Origin: Myxococcota bacterium
Lineage (GTDB): Bacteria; Myxococcota_A; UBA796; UBA2385
NCBI GenBank assembly: GCA_044344255.1
Contig: JBIJDH010000008.1
Location: forward strand, 212,640 to 276,639
Length of the DNA: 64,000 bases
Direction: 5' to 3'
Shown: positions 18,960-27,708 of the stretch, piece after piece
Position numbering within the stretch: the stretch's first letter is position 1
How the letters are laid out: every line of letters starts with the position of its first letter
Made by a program: the position numbers and the translations under genes
Notes under the pieces: model-generated
What the model saw: the letters and a program-made list of their open reading frames with translations, nothing else
What the model was told of the DNA's origin: nothing
The model's database searches: none

Positions 18960-20402
18960 ATGGTGCCGACCAGCCACCTCGGAGGCCGCTTGCGGGTCCT
19001 GCTCATCAATCCTGCCATGAACATGCGCAAGCTGGGGCGCTTCGCCGGACTCCTCGAGCCGATGCCCTGCATCGGGCTGGCCTACATCGCCGCCGCGCTC
19101 GAGCAGCACGGCTGCCACGTGCGGGTCATCGACATGTTCGCCGAGAAGCTCTCCGGCGAGGAGGTCGTCGACCGCGCCGCCCGCTTCAAGCCCGACCTCG
19201 TCGGCATGACCGTGCTCACACCGTCTGCCCCCGTCTGCGCCGAGCTCTCCGGGCGCATCCGGGCGCGGCTCCCCGACGTCCGGATCGTCTGGGGAGGGGT
19301 CCACGCCGACGTGTTCGCCGCCGAGATCGTGCGGGCCCACGAGGCTGACTTCTGCGTCCACCACGACGGAGAGGTGACCGTCTGCGAGCTGGTCGACGCC
19401 ATGGCCACCGGCGGGCAGGACTACGCCTCCGTGGACGGCCTCACCTGGAAGAGCACCGACGGTCAGGTGATCACCAACAAGGGCCGCGTGCTCAACCGCG
19501 ACCTCGACGATCTGCCCTACCCGGCCTGGCACCTCTTCCCGTACCACCGCTACGGCCTGCTCCCCTTCGCTGACTTCGCCAAGCCCGTGCTGACGATGAC
19601 GGGCTCCCGGGGCTGCCCCTACCGCTGCGACTATTGCTCGCTCATCAACACGGGTGGCAAGATCTACCGCAAGCGCGATCCCATCAAGATCGTCGATGAG
19701 TACGAGTTCCTCGTCGATCGGTACGGGGTCAAGCAGATCGGCTTCGTCGATCCCATCTTCCCGCTCGTCAAGAAGGACCTCGAGCCCTTCTGCGTCGAGC
19801 TCGTCCGCCGCGGCCTCGACAAGCGGTGCCAGTGGCTCTCCGAGACCCGCTGTGACCGCCTCGACGCCGACACCGCGCGCATCATGTACGAGGGCGGCTG
19901 CCGTCGCGTGTTGATGGGCATTGAGTCCGGCTCCGACATGCTGCTCGGCAACGTGAACAAGAACATCACCACGGCCAAGGTCCGAGAGGGCGTCAAGCAC
20001 GCCCGCGACGCCGGCATCCAGACCGTGGGTCTGTTCATGATCGGGATGCCCGGCGAGACCCCCGAGATGACGAAGGAGACGGTCGAGTTCGCGGTCGATC
20101 TCGACCTCGACTTCGCCAAGTTCGCGATCACCGTGCCCTTCCCCGGCAGCAAGCTCTTCGAGGATCGGTGGCAGAAGGACCTCTTCCGCGACGACTGGGA
20201 CAACTACACCACCTTCAACCCCAACCCCGACCAGCTCATCTACCACCCGCCCGACTACGATCCCGCGCTGCTGATCGAGATGCAGAGCTGGGCCCTTCGG
20301 CGCTTCTACATGCGGCCCGCCCAGCTCAAGCGACAGTTCGTCGAACTGCGCACGATCAGCCCGAAGATGCTGCTCTACGGCCTCTACGGCATGGCGATCT
20401 GA
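18960..20402 (+). CDS. B12-binding domain radical SAM protein
   Basis: GLAYIAAAL, WGGVHA, DGE, SRGCPYRCDYC (CxxxCxxC), GIESGS, FMIGMPGET. Confidence 0.93.
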   Translation: MVPTSHLGGRLRVLLINPAMNMRKLGRFAGLLEPMPCIGLAYIAAALEQHGCHVRVIDMFAEKLSGEEVVDRAARFKPDLVGMTVLTPSAPVCAELSGRIRARLPDVRIVWGGVHADVFAAEIVRAHEADFCVHHDGEVTVCELVDAMATGGQDYASVDGLTWKSTDGQVITNKGRVLNRDLDDLPYPAWHLFPYHRYGLLPFADFAKPVLTMTGSRGCPYRCDYCSLINTGGKIYRKRDPIKIVDEYEFLVDRYGVKQIGFVDPIFPLVKKDLEPFCVELVRRGLDKRCQWLSETRCDRLDADTARIMYEGGCRRVLMGIESGSDMLLGNVNKNITTAKVREGVKHARDAGIQTVGLFMIGMPGETPEMTKETVEFAVDLDLDFAKFAITVPFPGSKLFEDRWQKDLFRDDWDNYTTFNPNPDQLIYHPPDYDPALLIEMQSWALRRFYMRPAQLKRQFVELRTISPKMLLYGLYGMAI

Positions 20403-20436
20403 GCCCGTCAAGGGGCCGCCCAGAGGACTCCCACCC

Positions 20437-22482
20437 ATGTACGCCGCCCGCTCCCTGCGCATGTTCACGCTGATCGGACTCCTCACGGGCTGCGCCGGCG
20501 CCGACAAGGGGGCCGGCGGCGAGGGGGACGGCGCGGTCATCCTCGATCCCGACGGGGACGGCTACGCCGGGGAGGCCGACTGCGACGAGGGGGATCCCAC
20601 GCTCCACCCGGGCGCGGAGGAGCGCTGCGACGGGGTTGACCAGGACTGTGACGGCGTGATCGACGAAGACCCCGTCGACGGCGCCGCCTACTTCCAAGAC
20701 GCCGACGGGGACGGCTTCGGCGATCCCCTCACCCCCGTCCAGGCCTGCACGTTGACAGAGGGCCTCAGCCAGGACGGGGCCGACTGCGACGACACCGACG
20801 CCGCGGTCTCCCCGGCCGCGACCGAGGTCTGTGACGATGTAGACAATGACTGTGACAGCGTCACCGACGACGTCGCGCCGGAAGACCTGCTCACCTGGTG
20901 GATCGACGAAGACGGAGACGGCCACGGCGACCCCGCCCTCAGCCTCTCCCAGTGTGAGCCCCCGCTCGGCTACGCCGCGCTCGGGGATGACTGCGACGAC
21001 CTCGATCCGGCCGTACACCCCGACGCCGTCGAGCGCTGCGACCCCCTCGACACCGACGAGGACTGCGACGGCGCGGCCGAGGAGGCCGACGACAGCCTCG
21101 ATGAGGGCTCCCTCATCGAGTGGTACCCGGACGAAGACGAGGACGGCTACGGCGCCGGGAGCCCCTCCCTCGCCTGCGAGGCCCCCTCGACCGCCCACGT
21201 CAACCAGAGCGGCGACTGCGACGATCTCAACCCGGCCGTCTCACCGAGCGCCCGGGAGCGCTGTGACCCCCTCGACACCGACGAGGACTGCGACGGCCTC
21301 GCCGATGACGCCGACAGCTCGGTCGACCCCTCGACGATGGACACATTCTACGAGGACGCCGACGCCGACGGCTTCGGGGCCGAGGGCGCCGGGGCCCCCT
21401 CCTGCGACCCGCCGCCCGGCACCTCGGCCCTCTCGACGGACTGCGACGACGACGCCCCCGCGATCCACCCCGGGGTGACCGAGGTCTGTGACACCCTCGA
21501 CAATGACTGTGACCGCCAGATCGACGAGGGGCTCACCGGCGACTGGTACCCCGACGCCGACGGCGACGGCTTCGGCGATCGCGAGTCCAGCGCCACGACC
21601 GGCTGCGCCCCCACCGGCTACCTCGCCGACTCGAGCGACTGCAACGACGGCGACTCCGCGATCCAGGACTGCGGCTTCCCGCTCTTCACCGGCAGCGTGA
21701 GCGCGACCTGGACCTCCCGAGCCGCCTCCGCGTGGACGTCCAGCCTCGGGAGCCTGTCGAGCTACTGGCCGACCGACGAGAGCGACCTCGTCAACCTCTA
21801 CGGCTCGCCCGCTCAGTCCTACGACCCCACCGCCAACCTCTGGTCGAAGGGCAGCACGACGAACCCGCTCAGCACCGCCTACTTCGCCGGCGGCGCCCCC
21901 TTCAACGGCTACCTGTGGGTGATCCGTAAGGGCAAGGTCTACCGCTACGACCCCCTCACCGACAGCTTCGCCACCGCCGCCTCCTTCACGATGACCGACG
22001 ACAAGTCGATGACGGAGTCCGATGAGGAGGGGGTGGTCTACGGCTACGACGGCGCGGGAGAGCTCATCACCTACGACACCCTCACGAGCACGCTCACAGA
22101 GTCCTCGACCGGCCTCGGCGCGCTGACACAGACCCGCCTCGCTTACGATCCCACCCATCGCTGGCTCTTCGTCGGCGCCTACGACGGGCCCGAGCTCTAC
22201 CGCTACGACATCCTCGCCGACACCTGGAGCGCGGTCAGCCCCATCCCGGAGACCCAGCTCAACGACATCTTCTGCGGGGACCGCTCGGGGCACATCTACG
22301 CGGCGGGAGGCACGAGCGGGACGACGATCTACCAGTACACCACCGCCACCGACACCTGGACCACCATCACCGCCTTCCCGGTGAGCCACGCCAACGCGGG
22401 CGCCTGTACGGTCTCCGATGACGGCTACCTCTACGTGAGCACCGGCAGCGCCTCGGTCTTCTACCGCCTCGCGCTCTACTGA
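20437..22482 (+). CDS. Lipoprotein with MopE-related repeats and a C-terminal kelch-like beta-propeller
   Basis: LTGC; several DCDD..HPGA.E.CD..D.DCDG units with YxDADGDGFG; RYDPLTD / RYDILADTW blades. Confidence 0.85.
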   Translation: MYAARSLRMFTLIGLLTGCAGADKGAGGEGDGAVILDPDGDGYAGEADCDEGDPTLHPGAEERCDGVDQDCDGVIDEDPVDGAAYFQDADGDGFGDPLTPVQACTLTEGLSQDGADCDDTDAAVSPAATEVCDDVDNDCDSVTDDVAPEDLLTWWIDEDGDGHGDPALSLSQCEPPLGYAALGDDCDDLDPAVHPDAVERCDPLDTDEDCDGAAEEADDSLDEGSLIEWYPDEDEDGYGAGSPSLACEAPSTAHVNQSGDCDDLNPAVSPSARERCDPLDTDEDCDGLADDADSSVDPSTMDTFYEDADADGFGAEGAGAPSCDPPPGTSALSTDCDDDAPAIHPGVTEVCDTLDNDCDRQIDEGLTGDWYPDADGDGFGDRESSATTGCAPTGYLADSSDCNDGDSAIQDCGFPLFTGSVSATWTSRAASAWTSSLGSLSSYWPTDESDLVNLYGSPAQSYDPTANLWSKGSTTNPLSTAYFAGGAPFNGYLWVIRKGKVYRYDPLTDSFATAASFTMTDDKSMTESDEEGVVYGYDGAGELITYDTLTSTLTESSTGLGALTQTRLAYDPTHRWLFVGAYDGPELYRYDILADTWSAVSPIPETQLNDIFCGDRSGHIYAAGGTSGTTIYQYTTATDTWTTITAFPVSHANAGACTVSDDGYLYVSTGSASVFYRLALY

Positions 22483-23033
22483 CCGCGGGCGGTGAGGCGG
22501 GCCCGCCAGGCCTGCACGCTCTCCCCGGCCTGATCCCGGGCGGAGAGCAGGGGTGGCCCTTGGAGGGGCCAGGGGATGGCGAGCTCGGGGTCATCCCAGC
22601 GGAGCACCCGCTCGTCTTCGGGCCGGTAGGGCGCGGTGAGCTTGTAGTCCACCAGGGCCTCGGCGCTGCGGACGTAGAAGCCGTGGGCGAAGCCAGGGGG
22701 GATCCAGAGCGACTCGCGGACCTGATCGCTGAGGTCGATGCACATCGCCTGGCCGGCCGTCGGCGAGCGGGGGCGGACATCGACGAGCACGTCGAAGATC
22801 TGCCCCACCAGCACCCGCAGCAGCTTCCCTTGGGGCTCGGCCTCCTGGTAGTGAAGCCCGCGGAGCGCGCCGTGGATCGAGCGGCTCAAGTTCTCTTGGG
22901 CGAAGGCGGTGGGCAGACCGAGGGCGGCGAGCGCATCGGCCTGGAACGTCACCCAGAGGGCGCCCCGGGCGTCCTCAAAAGGAGAGGGTCGAAGCCGAAG
23001 AGGGCCGGAGAGCGCGCAAGGGAGGGCCAACAT
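22476..23033 (-). CDS. rmlC: dTDP-4-dehydrorhamnose 3,5-epimerase
   Basis: QENLSRS, GALRGLHYQ, QGKL, DVLVDVR, IPPGFAHGF, WDDPELAIPWP. Confidence 0.93.
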   Translation of the reverse strand: MLALPCALSGPLRLRPSPFEDARGALWVTFQADALAALGLPTAFAQENLSRSIHGALRGLHYQEAEPQGKLLRVLVGQIFDVLVDVRPRSPTAGQAMCIDLSDQVRESLWIPPGFAHGFYVRSAEALVDYKLTAPYRPEDERVLRWDDPELAIPWPLQGPPLLSARDQAGESVQAWRARLTARGQ

Positions 23034-23131
23034 CCTGCCTCCCTAGCCCGCGCTCGCCTCGGGATCGAGCTGTCCGCTCCTTGTCAGATCCTGCGCTTGA
23101 TTCGTGCGGGTGGGTGGTCTACGATCAGATC

Positions 23132-24985
23132 ATGGCCCCTATCGATCCTTCGACCAGCGCTGGCCCGACGACGATCGCCTCGGAGAGCCCCGAGGTGGGC
23201 CGCTCTACCCTGATCACCACCCTCAAGGTCTTCGTGCTGGGCTTCGCGCTCGGCTCGGGCTGGATCGTCTACCACTCGAGGGAGCTCCGCGGGCAGCTGG
23301 AGGAGCGGGTTCACACCCTCAGCGCGCTAGGGGGCCTCAGCCGCACCGTGGAGATGGCGTTCGCGGCTCCGGCCGCCGACGGAGCGGCGCAGGACCGCCT
23401 CCGCCAGGCCGTGGAGGACGTCGAGCAGCTCCGCCCGGGCCTGATCGCCGCGCTGCCCGAGGTCCCCGTGGCCCGCTCCCTGGACGAGCTCCACGCGGGG
23501 CTGATCGGCCTCCAAACGACGCCCCCGTCCGCGGACGCCGCCCTGCGGGCCAACGAGGCGATCGGCACCCTCAGTCAAGCCCTCCGCCTCGAGACGGCCG
23601 CGATCTCGACGAGCCTCGGCTCCCTCTGGAGTGGCCTCAACGTGCTCGTGCTCGTCGCCCTCGCCTTCGCCTGGGCCACGCTGAGCTACGCCACCCACAG
23701 CCGAGGCTTGGAGGCCGCTCTCGGGCGCCTCCGCGAGGCGCTGGCGCTGTCCAACGCGACCGCCGAGCGGGCCAGCGAGGCCGAAGCGGAGGCCCAACGC
23801 CAGATCGAGCTCTTCGTGGCCCTCGGCGGCGGCGGCGGCTGGACCTGGAGCGCCGGGGGGGCCATGCGCTACTCCCGCGCCTGGAGGGGGATGCTCGGGC
23901 TCCCCGCCGACGCGCCCCTCGAGGCCCTCTCCGACTGGTTCGACCGCCTCCACCCGGACGACCGGGCCCCGGTCGAGGAGGCCTTCGAGCGCCACCTCTT
24001 CGGCGGCGACTCCACCCTCGAGCTCCGCTACCGGATCCGTCACGAGGACGGCCGCTGGCGGAGGATGCGCACCCAGGCCACCTCAGAGCGCGGCGCCACC
24101 GGGGAGGTCGAGCGTATGGTGGGCCTACAGCTCGAAGGGGCTGAACCCCGCGTGACCGCGCCCCTGCCCGACCGCAGCGCGCTCCTCCGCCAGGTGAGTG
24201 ACGGGCTCGGGCTCGGCCTGCTCACCCTCCACGCCGACGGCAGCATCTCCTCCCTCGGCCCCACCCTCGAGCGGCTGACGGCCCCCTGGGGGGACGTCAG
24301 CGGCTGGTGGCGGGCGGTCCAGCGCAACTTGAGCTGGCCCCGACAGGTCACCTGTCCGACCTGTCGCCAGACCGTCCCCACCGGCCCCAGCGTGGCCGAG
24401 GTCTACACCGCCGAGGGCGCGCGCCGCACCTTCCGAATCCACTGGACCGGGCACGGCCACAGCCTCAGCGCCGACGATCCGCCCCTGGTGCTCACGGTGG
24501 AGGACATCACGGACGACACCACCCAGCGCGAGGACGTGCAGGACGTCCGCCACGACCTCGCCCGCACCCGCGAAGAGATGAACACCATCATCGAGCGCAG
24601 CCACGACGCGATCGCGCTCGTGGCGGACGGTCGGGTCCTCTACGGCAACCTCGCCCTGCGCCAGCTCGTCGGCGTCTCCGAGCCCGAGGGCCTCGCCGGC
24701 CGCCGCTTCGAGGACCTCGTCCGGGTGCCCGCAGGCAGCCGCCCCGGCACCCTGCCCGAGCTCCGCCGCCCCGATGGCCGCAGCCTGCCCGTCGTCGTCG
24801 CGGCCCCGCTCCCGATCGAATTCCAGGAGCAGCAGGTCGAGCTCATCTCCATCACCCCAGGCTGGTTCGCTCGCCTCGATGACCTCGACCCGGACTCCTC
24901 CCTCGACGGAGTGGCCTCCCTCGTCCCCGGCACACCGCCGCCGCCCGGCGAGCTCAGAATGGCGGTTCAACCCCGGTCTCGCTGA
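23132..24985 (+). CDS. Membrane-anchored multi-PAS sensor protein with no visible output domain
   Basis: Two hydrophobic segments; PAS_3 signature WFDRLHPDDR...ELRYRIRHEDGRWR; further PAS-like segments (VEDIT, LYGNLAL). Confidence 0.72.
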   Translation: MAPIDPSTSAGPTTIASESPEVGRSTLITTLKVFVLGFALGSGWIVYHSRELRGQLEERVHTLSALGGLSRTVEMAFAAPAADGAAQDRLRQAVEDVEQLRPGLIAALPEVPVARSLDELHAGLIGLQTTPPSADAALRANEAIGTLSQALRLETAAISTSLGSLWSGLNVLVLVALAFAWATLSYATHSRGLEAALGRLREALALSNATAERASEAEAEAQRQIELFVALGGGGGWTWSAGGAMRYSRAWRGMLGLPADAPLEALSDWFDRLHPDDRAPVEEAFERHLFGGDSTLELRYRIRHEDGRWRRMRTQATSERGATGEVERMVGLQLEGAEPRVTAPLPDRSALLRQVSDGLGLGLLTLHADGSISSLGPTLERLTAPWGDVSGWWRAVQRNLSWPRQVTCPTCRQTVPTGPSVAEVYTAEGARRTFRIHWTGHGHSLSADDPPLVLTVEDITDDTTQREDVQDVRHDLARTREEMNTIIERSHDAIALVADGRVLYGNLALRQLVGVSEPEGLAGRRFEDLVRVPAGSRPGTLPELRRPDGRSLPVVVAAPLPIEFQEQQVELISITPGWFARLDDLDPDSSLDGVASLVPGTPPPPGELRMAVQPRSR

Positions 24986-25063
24986 AATGTCTGCGGGGCG
25001 ACCGTCCACGGGCCCCTCAGGTCCCGCGCGGGCCGGGTAGACTGCGCGACCCTGGAGGCGCCT

Positions 25064-26584
25064 GTGCCCGCGCTGTTGTTCCCCTCGCTCGCCCTGCTCT
25101 TGAACGCCGGCGGCGCCCGTGCCGCCGAGCTCACCGTCCTGGACGGGGAGTCCATCCAGGCCGCCCTGGACGTCGCCCTCCCCGGCGACACGATCACCGT
25201 CGAGTCCGGCACCTACGTCGAGTCCCTCCTCACCGCGGTCGACGGCGCGATCACGCTGCAAGCCGCCGAGGGGGCCACCGTCGTCGTCCAGGGCTCGCCG
25301 GCCCTCACCGTCTCGCACGCCGATCTCACCGTGGAGAACCTCATCCTCGAGGGGGCCTACGCCGCGGGCCCCGTCGTGGCGGTGGGAGACGGCGGGCACC
25401 GATTCCGCCTCGTCGGCGGCGAGGTGCGGGAGAGCGCGCGGAGCTGCCTCGTCATCGGCGCGCCCGAGGCGGTGCGCATCGAGCGCACGGTGATCCACCA
25501 CTGCCTCTGGTGGGAGGACGCCCCCGAAGAGGCGCACGCGGTCGTCGCCGGCGCCGTCCAGGGCCTGCTCCTGAGCGCGGTCGAGCTCCACACCTTCTCC
25601 GGCAGCGGCGTCCAGCTCGACCCCGACCGCGCCGAGGCCGGCTGGGCCGACCTCACCATCGAGAGCTCCACGATCTGGCTGGCGCCGCTCACCGAGGCGG
25701 TGGCCGGCTTCAGCGTGGGCGCAGTCCCCGGCCGCAGCGCCCTCGAGACCCGCACCGCCACCACCCCCGAGCGCGCCACCGTGGTCGTGCGCGACACCTG
25801 GGTCTACGGCTTCAAGGACGGGCCCGATCCCGAGGCCGCCGCCTTCAACTTGAAGGAGAAGGTGGACGTCACCCTCGACCGGGTGCGCATCTCGGACAGC
25901 ACGATCGGGCTCCGCGCCCTCGGCCCCAGCGACACCCGCCCCGACAGCGTGATCGTGCGCGTGCAAAACAGCCTCTTCTGGGACCTCGGCGTGGCCCTCC
26001 AGGCCGAGGACGAGGTGGAGACGCTCCAGGTCTGGAACGACACCCTCGGCCTCAACGTCACCGCGCCCCTGGTGCTCCTCACCGACAGCGGCACGGGCAT
26101 TGACCTCCGCAACACCCTCGTCGTCGGCACCCTGCCCGCCCAGGCTGTCGCCGCCCTCGGCAACCTCGCCACCGATCAGACCGCCTTCGAGGACGCCGTC
26201 GCCGACGACTACCACCTCATGGAGACCGCCACCGCGGTCGACGCGGGCGTGGAGCTCCCCGAGGTCATCGGCGACCTCGACCAGGACACCCGGCCGCAGG
26301 GCCTCGCCTGGGACGTCGGCGCCGACGAGCGCGTCAACACCGACACCGGCGCCGACACCGGCGGCACGGACGGCACCGACGGCACCGGCGCCGACACAGG
26401 CCTCACCGTCGATGACACCGGCGTCCCCACCACCCCCGGCACGTCGGCGGCGATGGACGCAGGCGAGAAGGGCGGCTGCTCCTGCACCACCGCAGGCGGC
26501 GCGGGCGCCCTCCGTCGCACCACCGGCCTGCTCGGCCTCTTGGGCCTGCTCGGCCTCCGCCTCTTCCGGGCGCGCCGCCGCTGA
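25064..26584 (+). CDS. Secreted parallel beta-helix protein with choice-of-anchor-Q-like motif and MYXO-CTERM-like tail
   Basis: SIQAALD..PGDTI....GTY; DYHL...AVDAG...DLD..RPQG.AWDVGADE; GGCSC + hydrophobic stretch + RRR. Confidence 0.82.
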   Translation: MPALLFPSLALLLNAGGARAAELTVLDGESIQAALDVALPGDTITVESGTYVESLLTAVDGAITLQAAEGATVVVQGSPALTVSHADLTVENLILEGAYAAGPVVAVGDGGHRFRLVGGEVRESARSCLVIGAPEAVRIERTVIHHCLWWEDAPEEAHAVVAGAVQGLLLSAVELHTFSGSGVQLDPDRAEAGWADLTIESSTIWLAPLTEAVAGFSVGAVPGRSALETRTATTPERATVVVRDTWVYGFKDGPDPEAAAFNLKEKVDVTLDRVRISDSTIGLRALGPSDTRPDSVIVRVQNSLFWDLGVALQAEDEVETLQVWNDTLGLNVTAPLVLLTDSGTGIDLRNTLVVGTLPAQAVAALGNLATDQTAFEDAVADDYHLMETATAVDAGVELPEVIGDLDQDTRPQGLAWDVGADERVNTDTGADTGGTDGTDGTGADTGLTVDDTGVPTTPGTSAAMDAGEKGGCSCTTAGGAGALRRTTGLLGLLGLLGLRLFRARRR

Positions 26585-26627
26585 TCCCCGCGGCGCCGAT
26601 CCCCGCGGCGCCGATCCCCGCGGCGCT
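26583..26627 (+). repeat. 15-bp tandem repeat gatccccgcggcgcc x3
   Basis: Read directly after the stop codon of the beta-helix gene. Confidence 0.9.
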
Positions 26628-26695
26628 CCGGGGTCCCCCAAACGAGCCCGCCCCTCCACACCCCGCCAAGCTTGGCGGAGCGGGAGGGGCGGTCC

Positions 26696-26730
26696 TTCAC
26701 CGGCGGAGCCACGCTGGCCCCGCCGGTGAA
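26696..26730. terminator. Hairpin between convergent genes (probable terminator)
   Basis: ttcaccggcgg-a-gcc-acgct-ggc-c-ccgccggtgaa; 11-bp perfect outer stem. Confidence 0.65.
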
Positions 26731-26743
26731 TGAGGCGATCCGA

Positions 26744-27397
26744 TCAGATGCGGATCGAGAGGCCGGTGCGGAGCCCGATGTTCTGGAGCTTGGCCTCGGT
26801 GTCCTTGACCTCGTCGCCATCGAAGAAGAACTTGCCCTTGCCGCCTTCGTAGCTGAGCGAGGTGTCGATCGAGGCGCGCTTCATGATCTTGTAGCGAACG
26901 CCCGCGTCGAGGCCGTACACGGTCCACTTCTGCTGCGTGACCGGGTCGCCCGAGGAGGCGCGCTCGATGCCCACGTTGACCTGACCGAAGCCGACGAGGG
27001 ACTCGCCGATCTTCTGGTTGTAGCCGCCGTAGAGCTGGAAGCCGGCGTGGGTGTTGGGGTCACCGTCGCCGTCGGTGGCCTTGTTCTCGGGGTCGGACTC
27101 AACGCTGTCCGTGAGCTTCGAGTAGGCCAGGAACGCGCCAACCTCGACGTTCTTGGTGGCCATGTAGCCAACGCCGAAGCGGGCCGGCTGGTCAAAGAGG
27201 GCGAGGCCGGAGGTCTTCGTCTTGGAGGAGACGTCGCTGGAGCCACCCGTGAAGGTGACCGTCGTCGAGTTGCTGACGAAGATCGGGGTGCTCAGGGACA
27301 CGCGAACCTTGCCTTCATCGTCCCCACCACCCTTGCCCTTCTTGGCGAACGCAGCGGGAGAGGCAACGAGGACAGCGAGCAGCAGCAAGCGCTTCAT
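26744..27397 (-). CDS. Outer-membrane beta-barrel protein
   Basis: Signal MKRLLLLAVLVASPAAFA; alternating amphipathic strands; C-terminal GLRTGLSIRI. Confidence 0.75.
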   Translation of the reverse strand: MKRLLLLAVLVASPAAFAKKGKGGGDDEGKVRVSLSTPIFVSNSTTVTFTGGSSDVSSKTKTSGLALFDQPARFGVGYMATKNVEVGAFLAYSKLTDSVESDPENKATDGDGDPNTHAGFQLYGGYNQKIGESLVGFGQVNVGIERASSGDPVTQQKWTVYGLDAGVRYKIMKRASIDTSLSYEGGKGKFFFDGDEVKDTEAKLQNIGLRTGLSIRI

Positions 27398-27708
27398 GGA
27401 GGGCTCCTTGGGTCTGGGAAGAACGGCGCAAAGGTACCATGACCTGCCACCGTGTGCACGGTGACGCAGGCCGAGCCCCGACATTCGAGGCCTCCCCTGT
27501 GAAGTTCGATCCAATTCCCGATCACAGCCGCGGAGATCCAGGCCACGGCGAGGCCGCCGCGCGCCGCCACCTGTGCGGGATCAGCCCCGGTACCAGATCC
27601 TCGCGATCCGGGCCCTGCGGCCGGCTCCCAGCCAACCCGGCACCTCTCCAGGGCGTAGCGGCCGAGGATCCGCCTGGATAGGCTGCTCTCCTCGCCCTGG
27701 AGTCCGTC

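Noticed and set aside
17538..20540. 1000-aa minus-strand ORF
   Set aside because: Shadow of the FG-GAP and radical SAM genes; no motifs
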